From Parcubacteria group bacterium (GTDB lineage: Bacteria; Patescibacteriota; Minisyncoccia; Phycocordibacterales; DATDWN01): a stretch of DNA of 64,000 nt. This document shows positions 48,596-57,043 of the stretch, in pieces. The notes beneath the pieces were generated by a model, which saw nothing but the letters and a program-made list of their open reading frames with translations, did no database searches and was not told where the DNA came from. The stretch covers positions 20,407 through 84,406 of the forward strand of contig JBBQLO010000001.1 of the NCBI GenBank assembly GCA_038327915.1, written 5' to 3'. Every line of letters starts with the position of its first letter. Position 1 is the stretch's first letter. Position numbers and translations under genes: made by a program.

Positions 48596-49606
48596 GTGAA
48601 TACTATTATGCTTAATGAAGCTCAAAAATTAAATCCAAAATTGTGGAATAAAGATGTCGAACAGATTGCCATTCGCCGTGGCTTTGGAGAGGGCTTACTT
48701 GCTGCAGGAAAAAAAAATACTGACATTGTTGGGTTGTGTGCCGATCTTACGGAATCCACTAACATGCATTTGTTTCGAGATGCATTTCCTGAGCGTTTTA
48801 TCGAAATGGGGGTGGCTGAACAAAACCTTGCATCAGTGGCTTCTGGGCTTGCTGCCATGGGCAAAATCCCATTTATTTCAAGCTATGCAATGTTTAGTCC
48901 GGGTCGCAATTGGGAACAGATTCGTACGACAATCGCCTACAATAACCGAGCTGTTATTATAGTAGGTTCTCATGCAGGAGTGTCGGTAGGACCAGATGGT
49001 GGCACGCACCAAGCAATCGAAGACATTGCACTTATGCGAGTCATACCGAAAATGGTAGTCATTTCTCCTTGTGATTATATTGAAGCTCGCAAAGCTACAG
49101 AAGCTGCAGCAGAACTCGGACACCCTGTGTACATTAGGCTTTCTCGAGAGAAAACTCCTGTTATAACGACCGAAATAACACCCTTTGAAATAGGTAAAGC
49201 ACAATTATATTATGGACTCGAGGGCGAGCATGCAGACGTTGGAATTATTGCTACGGGGGCTCTTCTGTACCGTGCACTTAAAGTTGCCGAGACTCTCAAG
49301 AAAGAACATATTTCTGCTAAAGTTTTAAACATCACCACTATTAAGCCACTCGACAGAGAATCTGTCATTGCGCTTGCTCGTGAATGTGGGGCATTGGTTA
49401 CGGTAGAAGAACATCAAATTGCTGGGGGTTTGGGTAGTGCTGTTTCTGAATGTATCTCAGGAAACTTTCCTGTACCGATTGAATTCATCGGAGTGAGAGA
49501 CCAGTTCGGACAATCTGGTACTCCAGACGAGCTTCTAGAACACTATGGCATGGGTGAAACTCACATTCTTGTGTCAGCAAAGAAAGTGACAGGAAGAAAA
49601 AAATAA
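48596..49606 (+). CDS. transketolase, C-terminal (pyrimidine-binding) subunit of split enzyme
   Basis: 'FIEMGVAEQNLASVASGLAAMGKIPF' and the C-terminal domain are present. No N-terminal TPP subunit is adjacent. Confidence 0.8.
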   Translation: MNTIMLNEAQKLNPKLWNKDVEQIAIRRGFGEGLLAAGKKNTDIVGLCADLTESTNMHLFRDAFPERFIEMGVAEQNLASVASGLAAMGKIPFISSYAMFSPGRNWEQIRTTIAYNNRAVIIVGSHAGVSVGPDGGTHQAIEDIALMRVIPKMVVISPCDYIEARKATEAAAELGHPVYIRLSREKTPVITTEITPFEIGKAQLYYGLEGEHADVGIIATGALLYRALKVAETLKKEHISAKVLNITTIKPLDRESVIALARECGALVTVEEHQIAGGLGSAVSECISGNFPVPIEFIGVRDQFGQSGTPDELLEHYGMGETHILVSAKKVTGRKK

Positions 49607-49644
49607 AATTATAGAAGAATATTATTAAAATATATATTAATAAT

Positions 49645-50652
49645 TCAGATTTTTCTTGGTGTGTAGTCTGCGGGAGCATTTTTCAAATATTCTTCTATTT
49701 TTTCGGCAGAGAGTAGGCCTTCTTGTGCGCCGATTTTTTGGACGACTGACATCGAGTTAATAGGACCTCGTAGGAGGGCTTCCTGAAGAGTCCTTCCCAT
49801 TGCGAGATATGACACGACAGTCGAGAAAAATGCATCACCGGCGCCAGTTCGCTCAAAAGGTACGTGAGGGTACACAGGCATATACCAAAAATTTTCAGGA
49901 CTTGCACTTTCATATGCATATGCACCATCGATTCCATCTGTGATAAGAACTATTTTTGGACCGAGCTTTGATATTTTTTGTGACAGAACTTTTACATCAT
50001 GACTTTCTTCTTTCAAAATAACTTGTGCTTCTTCTACATTGCAACAGAAAATGTCAGTCCTTTCGTATATTTTTTTTAATACATCAGTCCCAAACTTGAT
50101 CTGAAAGATGCCCGGTTGAAATGCCATTTTGACATCTTTATTTTTTTCTAAAAAATCTCCGATCTGAGTATGAAATTCGAGAGAGCTCTCTCCAAGAGAA
50201 GTAAGATATATCCATTTTGGGTCGCCGATCTGTGGAAAATTATATGGGAACTGCGTGTGTTTCTGGAGAATAGTACGGTCTTTGTCAAACCATAGTATGT
50301 AATGATAGTTAGTAGTTTGGTTTTTGTGAGCGCGTATAAATTTTGGATCAACACCGTCTTTTTTGAGTGATGACAGGCATTTGTTACCATTTTCGTCTGC
50401 ACCGATATTTGCTACCAGAGCAGATTTGAGCCCGAGTCTACTTGCAGATACAGCTGCATTACCGGCGTTTGCCACTCCAGCAATTTCGTTTACAGATGCA
50501 TACGGTATTTTGGTGGCAAACGGTAAACAGAGTGTGGCACCTGTACCGGCACCTTCTATACGTATACCGTTATCTTCTAAACGAATAAATGCATCCACTG
50601 CGAGTTCTCCAATTGCAACGAAATCATACGCGGTTTTGAAAAACATATACAT
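49645..50652 (-). CDS. PfkB-family carbohydrate kinase
   Basis: PfkB signature 'GAGDAFFSTVVSYLAMG' and an N-terminal GG dipeptide region. Confidence 0.8.
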   Translation of the reverse strand: MYMFFKTAYDFVAIGELAVDAFIRLEDNGIRIEGAGTGATLCLPFATKIPYASVNEIAGVANAGNAAVSASRLGLKSALVANIGADENGNKCLSSLKKDGVDPKFIRAHKNQTTNYHYILWFDKDRTILQKHTQFPYNFPQIGDPKWIYLTSLGESSLEFHTQIGDFLEKNKDVKMAFQPGIFQIKFGTDVLKKIYERTDIFCCNVEEAQVILKEESHDVKVLSQKISKLGPKIVLITDGIDGAYAYESASPENFWYMPVYPHVPFERTGAGDAFFSTVVSYLAMGRTLQEALLRGPINSMSVVQKIGAQEGLLSAEKIEEYLKNAPADYTPRKI

Positions 50653-50681
50653 ATAGTATCATGATGTTATACTAAAGGTCT

Positions 50682-51566
50682 ATGAATCAAAAAAATATGC
50701 AGACATTGCGAGAATATGTGAGAGATGCACAGGAAAAGAAAATAGCCATCGGACATTTCAATATTTCTAATCTTGAGGGACTATGGGGAGTGTTTAAGGC
50801 AGCGCAGAAACTTTCCGTGCCAGTCATTATTGGAGTTTCTGAGGGAGAGCGTGATTTTGTCGGTGTGCGACAAGCCGTAGCACTCGTAAAAAGTCTTCGG
50901 GAGGAATTCGATTATCCTATTTTTCTCAATGCTGACCACACGTATTCGTTTGAGAGAGTGAAGGAAGCAATTGACGTAGGTTTTGACTCGGTTATTTTTG
51001 ATGGTGCACAACTGCCTCTTGAAGAAAATATTAAAATAACTCAACAGTGCGTAGAGTATGCGCGTAATTGTGGGAGAGACGTTTTGGTAGAAGCAGAAAT
51101 GGGTTACATCGGAGTATCTTCAAAAATTCTCGACGATATCCCAGAGGGAGTCAAACTCGATTCTGCTTCTCTTACTGATCCTCTTGTCGCTAAAGAATTT
51201 GTCAAAGCAACTGGTGTTGATATGTTTGCGCCAGCAGTAGGAAACATTCACGGTATGTTTCGTGGGGGAGTGGATCCTGCTCTCAATATTGAAAGAGTAA
51301 AGGAAGTATCTGAATCAACTCGTGTACCACTTGTTCTTCATGGTGGTTCAGGCAACTCCGAAGATGATTTTAAGCAAGCGATAGCAAACGGTGTGACGAT
51401 AGTACACATTAATACCGAAATCCGTATTGCGTATAAACAAGGCTTGATGAAAGGTATTTCCGAAAACCCTGACGAAGTAGCCCCGTACAAATTCCTCCGC
51501 CCCGCTGTACTGTCAGTCCAAGACGTCGTGGAAAAAAAATTGAGATTGTTTAATAATCTATCATAA
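50682..51566 (+). CDS. class II fructose/tagatose-bisphosphate aldolase
   Basis: 'HFNISNLEG', 'LNADHTYS', 'LVLHGGSG' and a length of 294 aa. Confidence 0.8.
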   Translation: MNQKNMQTLREYVRDAQEKKIAIGHFNISNLEGLWGVFKAAQKLSVPVIIGVSEGERDFVGVRQAVALVKSLREEFDYPIFLNADHTYSFERVKEAIDVGFDSVIFDGAQLPLEENIKITQQCVEYARNCGRDVLVEAEMGYIGVSSKILDDIPEGVKLDSASLTDPLVAKEFVKATGVDMFAPAVGNIHGMFRGGVDPALNIERVKEVSESTRVPLVLHGGSGNSEDDFKQAIANGVTIVHINTEIRIAYKQGLMKGISENPDEVAPYKFLRPAVLSVQDVVEKKLRLFNNLS

Positions 51567-51606
51567 AATATACGTGCTATATTATATTTAATATATAAAA
51601 AATAAT

Positions 51607-52575
51607 ATGAAAATTTACATTACACGGAAGATTCCAGAAATAGGAATAAAAATGTTGCAGGACGCTGGCCATGAAGTCGACGTAAACCCTGCGGATCGTA
51701 TTTTAACCAAGCAGGAACTAATGGAAATTCTCAAGGCAAAGCCGTATGACGCAGTCCTGCCTCTTTTAACTGATACTATTAACGCTGAAATATATGATGC
51801 AGTACCCACAGCCAAAATTTTTGCAAACTACGCAGTCGGAACAAACAATATTGATGTCGCTGAAGCTACTAAGCGTGGCATCACTGTAACCAACACACCT
51901 GGCGCCCTTACTAACACAGTTGCTGAACACGCAGTGGCACTACTTTTGGCACTTTCTACTCGTCTTGTAGAAGCAGATGCGTACACACGATCGGGTGCGT
52001 ACAAAGGCTGGGAACCTATGGGTTTTTTGGGAGTAGATCTTGCGGGGAAGACTCTTGGTATCCTCGGAGCGGGTCGAATCGGTTTTCGTGTAGCTCACAT
52101 TCTTGTTCACGGATTTGATATGAAAGTTGCGTATTATGACGTTAAAAATAATTCTGAATTTGAAGCAGACTATAATGCTACTTTTTGTGCGACTCCAGAG
52201 GAATTATTAAAAATATCTGACGTGGTCTCTGTTCACGTGCCACTTTTACCCGAAACTTATCATTTACTGAATGCAGAACGACTGGGTATGATGAAAAAAA
52301 CTGCTTATCTCATTAACACTTCTCGTGGGCCAGTAGTAGATGAGGTCTCACTTGTTGCAGCTCTACAAAATGGAGTGATTGCCGGAGCCGGTCTTGATGT
52401 GTATGAAAATGAGCCGGCACTTGCCCCAGGTCTTGCTGAACTTCCTAATGTAGTCCTTACCCCACACACTGCTTCTGCCACCATGAAGGCTCGCGGGGAG
52501 ATGGCAGAGCTCGCAGCACAAAATATTATTGATTTTTTTGAGGGCAAGGAACCGAAGAATAAAGTTGTAATATAG
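51607..52575 (+). CDS. D-isomer-specific 2-hydroxyacid dehydrogenase (glycerate/hydroxypyruvate reductase-like)
   Basis: NAD-binding 'GILGAGRIGFRVA' and the catalytic region 'NTSRGPVVDE...GAGLDVYENEP...HTASAT'. Confidence 0.8.
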   Translation: MKIYITRKIPEIGIKMLQDAGHEVDVNPADRILTKQELMEILKAKPYDAVLPLLTDTINAEIYDAVPTAKIFANYAVGTNNIDVAEATKRGITVTNTPGALTNTVAEHAVALLLALSTRLVEADAYTRSGAYKGWEPMGFLGVDLAGKTLGILGAGRIGFRVAHILVHGFDMKVAYYDVKNNSEFEADYNATFCATPEELLKISDVVSVHVPLLPETYHLLNAERLGMMKKTAYLINTSRGPVVDEVSLVAALQNGVIAGAGLDVYENEPALAPGLAELPNVVLTPHTASATMKARGEMAELAAQNIIDFFEGKEPKNKVVI

Positions 52576-52593
52576 GATAATTAAGAATAAAAC

Positions 52594-52821
52594 ATGATTA
52601 AATTTGTACACAAAAAACATTTTACCAAAGTAAAAGGTACTGCCAAAATAATTATCACATACAGTGCTTTTGATATTATTCTCGGTATATTTCTTTTGGT
52701 AACCAATATTATTGTCATAATGACACTCTACCACTATCAGAATCCTTCATATAAAAATGGGATGATGAATTCGCAAGTTCCATATCCGTTACGTTTGCAG
52801 ACCTCTCACTCACGTCTATAA
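52594..52821 (+). CDS. small single-TM protein (MIKFVHKKH...), paralog of 54597..54779, pilin-cassette associated
   Basis: 75 aa with one hydrophobic helix. About 60% identical over the first 50 aa to ORF 54597. Confidence 0.45.
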   Translation: MIKFVHKKHFTKVKGTAKIIITYSAFDIILGIFLLVTNIIVIMTLYHYQNPSYKNGMMNSQVPYPLRLQTSHSRL

Positions 52822-52850
52822 TGCATGGTTTTGTCTTTCATAATAAAATA

Positions 52851-53342
52851 ATGCCTCATTATAAAGACAAAGGATTCACCCTTATCGAACTTCTTGTTGT
52901 TATTTCTATTATTGGCTTACTCTCGAGTGTTGTGTTGGCTAGTCTCAATACTGCTCGTGGGAAGGCTCGAGATGCGTCGATTAAGGAAGAAGTACAACAA
53001 GTTACTCGACTTATGGCACTTAATTATAGTGAGACGGGAACATACGTCCAACTCCAAGATTGGACGTGGAAATATACTGTGGCAGATTGCGCAGCGTCCA
53101 CAGTGTCTGGTAATTATGCCAGTCAGTTTATAAATATATGTAAAAGTGTTGTTTTATTGAATGGAGGAGTAGGTGGTTTTTTCAGTGGCAACTCGGTCGA
53201 TGGTAACAATCTTTTTTCTGTTTTTGCGTATTTACCATCCGTAGGTCAGTTCTTTTGTGCTGGTAGTAGTGGTGCAAACTCTGCTGGAACACCGGGAACG
53301 TATTCGTATTGGTCTGGTCCCGGGTGTTATGGTAACCCTTAA
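52851..53342 (+). CDS. type IV pilin-like protein (prepilin)
   Basis: Class III signal 'MPHYKDKG|FTLIELLVVISIIGLLSSVVLASL', with Cys pairs near the C-terminus. Confidence 0.75.
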   Translation: MPHYKDKGFTLIELLVVISIIGLLSSVVLASLNTARGKARDASIKEEVQQVTRLMALNYSETGTYVQLQDWTWKYTVADCAASTVSGNYASQFINICKSVVLLNGGVGGFFSGNSVDGNNLFSVFAYLPSVGQFFCAGSSGANSAGTPGTYSYWSGPGCYGNP

Positions 53343-53422
53343 ACTGGGTGGTGTAAATGAAGTAGCTACTGAGCATCTTACAAAATTGAATGTGATACAA
53401 TGAAGTAAATAAAATTAACACT

Positions 53423-53713
53423 ATGTCCGACGTTCAATTTGATGAAGAAAATGCTCTAGCAAGCTATTCAAACTCTTTTCGTAGAACACAAGAGGAAACA
53501 TTGAGTACACTTCAAAACCTAGTTATTAAGACCGGATTAATTTCAAGCAAAGTTCAAGCCGATTATGTACTCGGTGCCATAGCCCTTATTTGTTTTTTAG
53601 CTACGTGTTTCGTATTTTTTTCCTCTAGTGGTATTTTATCGTCTGGTTCAGTTCCAGTTTCGAAAGAAAAGATGATAGAGGCTTTACATCAATTACCACA
53701 GGGACGCCCATAA
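53423..53713 (+). CDS. small single-TM protein, MSDVQFDE family (copy 1)
   Basis: Conserved N-terminus 'MSDVQFDEEN', one TM helix. Own TTGAAT-18-TAAAAT promoter-like sequence at 53376-53405. Confidence 0.5.
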   Translation: MSDVQFDEENALASYSNSFRRTQEETLSTLQNLVIKTGLISSKVQADYVLGAIALICFLATCFVFFSSSGILSSGSVPVSKEKMIEALHQLPQGRP

Positions 53714-53725
53714 TTTGTCCTTTAT

Positions 53726-54283
53726 ATGTTCAATATACTTAAAAATAAAATAAAGGTTACAAACAAAGGCTTCACACTTATCGAACTTTTAGTCGTCATT
53801 GCCATTATTGGTTTACTGTCGAGTGTTGTTCTTGCAAGTCTCAATACTGCTCGAGGGAAGGCTCGAGATGCCAAAAGGGTTGCCGAGTTATCTTCATTAT
53901 AGAGTGCAATTGAGTTGTACCATGACAGCACTGGTCATTATCCGAATGATGGTGGGGGTGGAACATATGCTGATTGTTGGAAGGTAGGAAGTAATTGGAT
54001 TCCTGATAGCGGTAACTATAACTGGTCGAGTACATATATTCCTAAACAACCACGCGATCCGATCGATACGTGTTGTTGGCCATGGGGTAACTGTGGAAAC
54101 CCCGGAGATGCAGGAACGTACGAATATTGGAGTGATGGCAACAAATATCTCCTTGTCGCCCGCTTGGAAAATACTTCTAGCCCGCTTCGGGCAGAAATAA
54201 CACGGATTATTGACCCAAGGAGTGGTCAACCATACGCTAACAATAATCCACTTGGAAAATATTGTTTTGTTATTAGTAATTAG
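53726..54283 (+). pseudogene. type IV pilin-like gene interrupted by in-frame TAG (53900-53902)
   Basis: 'MFNILKNKIKVTNKG|FTLIELLVVIAIIGLLSSVVLASLNTARGKARDAKRVAELSSL*SAIELYHDSTGHYP...'. The frame stays open and conserved, with 4 Cys, through to 54283. Confidence 0.55.
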
Positions 54284-54314
54284 ATATAATTGTAGTTCAT
54301 TTAAATCAACTTAT

Positions 54315-54500
54315 ATGTCCGACGTTCAATTTGATGAGCAAGATCTCGCTTCATATACTCAACCGAGGAAAATAGGAGAGAAATCTACCTTGGTGAAGTT
54401 TGTGGAGAAAATGGGTGTGCCAGAGGAGTATGTAAATTACGTATTTATTGGAGTAGTATCTGTGTGTATTTTTTTTGCGGTACTCATTGTTATTCGTTAA
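54315..54500 (+). CDS. small single-TM protein, MSDVQFDE family (copy 2, short)
   Basis: 'MSDVQFDEQDLASY...' with a C-terminal TM helix. The 5' nucleotide block is near-identical to copies 1 and 3. Confidence 0.45.
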   Translation: MSDVQFDEQDLASYTQPRKIGEKSTLVKFVEKMGVPEEYVNYVFIGVVSVCIFFAVLIVIR

Positions 54501-54596
54501 TCTAGTCACTCCTCTCCCCAAATTCCCCAATCCATTATGGATGCTATGAAGTCGGGAGGACCTGCACGTTTGAAATAATTTAAAATTTAAAATATT

Positions 54597-54779
54597 ATGA
54601 TAAAATTTATTCACAAAAAGCATCATGACGAGCTAAAAGGAACAGCGAGGATAATTATTACCTATACTCTCACTGACATTATACTGGGATTTTTTCTTTT
54701 ATTTGCCAGTTTTCTTGTTATTGTGACTTTGTATCAGTATCAATCAACCATGTATTCCTCAGGTGTCAAGGGTTCGTAA
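54597..54779 (+). CDS. small single-TM protein (MIKFIHKKH...), paralog of 52594..52821
   Basis: 60 aa, same architecture, located upstream of a pilin gene. Confidence 0.45.
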   Translation: MIKFIHKKHHDELKGTARIIITYTLTDIILGFFLLFASFLVIVTLYQYQSTMYSSGVKGS

Positions 54780-54833
54780 GAACATTTGATGAAAATGAAC
54801 GCACCTCATATGCCCACTTTTTACTAACAGACT

Positions 54834-55355
54834 ATGAATAAAAAAAATTTACATTTACGCAAAGGCTTCACCCTGATCGAACTCCTCGTGGTCATTGCTA
54901 TTATTGGTCTTTTATCGAGCGTTGTATTAGCAAGTTTGAATACTGCTCGGGGGAAGGCGAGGGATGCAATAAGAAAACAAGAAATGCGAGAAATACAAAG
55001 TGCACTCAACCTCTATTATTCTGATTTTGGTTCCTACCCACTTCCAAATCCTGGTTCGTGGGGTGGAATTAGTACAGTACCATGCGGACCAGGAAATGGA
55101 CAAACAGGCGGCGCGAATGCATATATTTTAGGGTTAACTCCAAAATACATGGGCACTCTCCCTGTTGATCCTGGTCCTGCTGGTTCTTGCAATGGTATTA
55201 TGTATGCTTCTGATGGCATAAATTATAAATTATTAGATCATCAGTCGTATGAGGGAACATATCCCACTGCTGGGCAGGAATTTTATGATCCACTTCGAAA
55301 AACATGGTCGATCATGCTTTGTAGTGGAGATTTGACAACGTGTAATACATGGTAA
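54834..55355 (+). CDS. type IV pilin-like protein (prepilin)
   Basis: 'MNKKNLHLRKG|FTLIELLVVIAIIGLLSSVVLASLNTARGKARDA' with Cys pairs in the C-terminal half. Confidence 0.75.
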   Translation: MNKKNLHLRKGFTLIELLVVIAIIGLLSSVVLASLNTARGKARDAIRKQEMREIQSALNLYYSDFGSYPLPNPGSWGGISTVPCGPGNGQTGGANAYILGLTPKYMGTLPVDPGPAGSCNGIMYASDGINYKLLDHQSYEGTYPTAGQEFYDPLRKTWSIMLCSGDLTTCNTW

Positions 55356-55379
55356 TATAATAAATGTAGTTATTTTTAT

Positions 55380-55670
55380 ATGTCCGACGTCCAATTTGAT
55401 GAAGAAAATAGTCTCGCGAGTTATACACGTTCTGCTGTGCGTAAACCTGACGAAGTAGCGGGTGGTTTTGTTATGAAAACTGTGATGAAAACAGGGTTTG
55501 TCAAGACTTCAGCACAAGCGCAATACGTACTTATGGCACTCGCAACGTTATTTTTTCTTACAGCGACGTTTATTATTTTTCACGATTCAGGAGGTAGATT
55601 TTCTTCGAAAGTTGTTCCAAGGGAGACCGTTGATGAAATGATGAAAAAAATTTCTAATCATGGCCAATAA
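55380..55670 (+). CDS. small single-TM protein, MSDVQFDE family (copy 3)
   Basis: 'MSDVQFDEENSLASY...' with a TM helix 'YVLMALATLFFLTATFIIF'. Confidence 0.5.
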   Translation: MSDVQFDEENSLASYTRSAVRKPDEVAGGFVMKTVMKTGFVKTSAQAQYVLMALATLFFLTATFIIFHDSGGRFSSKVVPRETVDEMMKKISNHGQ

Positions 55671-55683
55671 TTCGATATACTTT

Positions 55684-56202
55684 ATGAAAAAATATAATCG
55701 AGGTTTTACTCTTATCGAGCTCTTGGTCGTTATTTCAATTATTGGTTTGTTGTCGAGTGTTGTTCTCGCAAGCTTAAATACTGCGCGATCTAAAGCCCGT
55801 GATGCAAAGACTTTGGAAGATATACACCAGATTACACTTGCACTCCAGTTGGTGCGTTCAAATGATCCAAATTTTCTTTTTCCTGGAAATTCAGGGAGTT
55901 GGCAATGTCTCAAGTCAAGTGGCACATGTTGGGGTGGAGGTTATTCAGCGAACGCGGGAGTTATTACAGCGCTAGCCCCATATATGTCCAATGTTCCGAG
56001 ACCATCACCCCCATCAGGTACAGAAATGTACGATGCATATTTATATTTACCAAATTACACCGCTTATATTGGATCTTCTCCTCCCGGCACATATATTATA
56101 TATGCTCTAGAACGTCCTTTTCCAGGATCATGTAATGGATACTACGCTGGTGCATACGATGTTGGCTATTACTATTGTTACTCTTTTATTGATGGATTGT
56201 AG
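55684..56202 (+). CDS. type IV pilin-like protein (prepilin)
   Basis: 'MKKYNRG|FTLIELLVVISIIGLLSSVVLASLNTARSKARDA' and a Cys-rich C-terminus. The ORF-track start at 55660 overlaps the upstream gene. Confidence 0.7.
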   Translation: MKKYNRGFTLIELLVVISIIGLLSSVVLASLNTARSKARDAKTLEDIHQITLALQLVRSNDPNFLFPGNSGSWQCLKSSGTCWGGGYSANAGVITALAPYMSNVPRPSPPSGTEMYDAYLYLPNYTAYIGSSPPGTYIIYALERPFPGSCNGYYAGAYDVGYYYCYSFIDGL

Positions 56203-56289
56203 TTGTTGCTAGCTAGTTGTAGTTAACAAAAGTTGAGATAAAAACCAAAGGTTGAGACCATTTGCTTGATTCTTATCACTACTTAAGGT

Positions 56290-56961
56290 ATGCTTGCCTA
56301 CATGAATATATTACAAGCACAAGAAAGAAAAGCGGGAGACAATCTTTTTGATCTGCGCAAAAAAGGCGGAATGCCCGCAGTTTTTTACGGTAAAAAAACT
56401 ACTTCTACACCAGTGTCTCTTATTCTCAAGGATTTTATAAAAGTATGGAAAGTGGCTGGTGAGTCTGGTGTGGTAACAATCAAAAGCCCAACTGGCACTG
56501 TCGATGCTCTTATTCACGAAGTCTCTCTTGATCCCGTGACAGATATTCCTCGACATGTTGATTTTTATGTGTTTGAAAAAGGAAAGAAAATCGAAATTTC
56601 TGTACCACTAGAATTCGTAGGCATTTCTCCGGCAGTTAAAGATCTGGGAGGAAGTTTGGTCAAAGTTCTTCATGAGCTTAAAATTTCAGCTGATCCCCAG
56701 AATATTCCTCACGAGATTGCAGTAGACATATCTTCCCTCGTTACATTTGAAAGCCAAATACTTGCTTCGGAGATTGTATTACCCCAGGGAGTTGTTTTGG
56801 AAGAACTGCCGAGTGAAGTGGTGGCTTCAGCTACTCCTCCAAAGGAGGAGGAATTAGAAGAGTCTGCTCCTGTTGATCTTTCTTCTATTGAAGTAGAAAA
56901 GAAGGGCAAGAAGGATGAAGAGGGTGCAGATGCAACTTCTCCGAAGGCAGACGACAAATAA
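56290..56961 (+). CDS. rplY: 50S ribosomal protein L25 / general stress protein Ctc
   Basis: N-terminal L25 domain 'LQAQERKAGDNLFDLRKKGGMPAVFYGK' and a C-terminal acidic extension. Confidence 0.8.
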   Translation: MLAYMNILQAQERKAGDNLFDLRKKGGMPAVFYGKKTTSTPVSLILKDFIKVWKVAGESGVVTIKSPTGTVDALIHEVSLDPVTDIPRHVDFYVFEKGKKIEISVPLEFVGISPAVKDLGGSLVKVLHELKISADPQNIPHEIAVDISSLVTFESQILASEIVLPQGVVLEELPSEVVASATPPKEEELEESAPVDLSSIEVEKKGKKDEEGADATSPKADDK

Positions 56962-57001
56962 ATACTCATACAAAATAGACCCTAAATAAATACGTAAGAC
57001 A

Positions 57002-57027
57002 AGACGGATCCAATCCGTCTTTGTTGT
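57002..57027 (+). terminator. rho-independent terminator
   Basis: agacggat-cca-atccgtct followed by ttgttgt. Confidence 0.6.
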
Positions 57028-57043
57028 ATACTTATTTACACAC

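Noticed and set aside
53799-54229. Overlapping ORFs 53799..53987 +, 53841..54035 -, 53897..54229 - within the pilin-2 locus
   Set aside because: They are alternative-frame artefacts of the pilin coding region. The pilin frame (53726..54283) has clear homology to the three other pilins.
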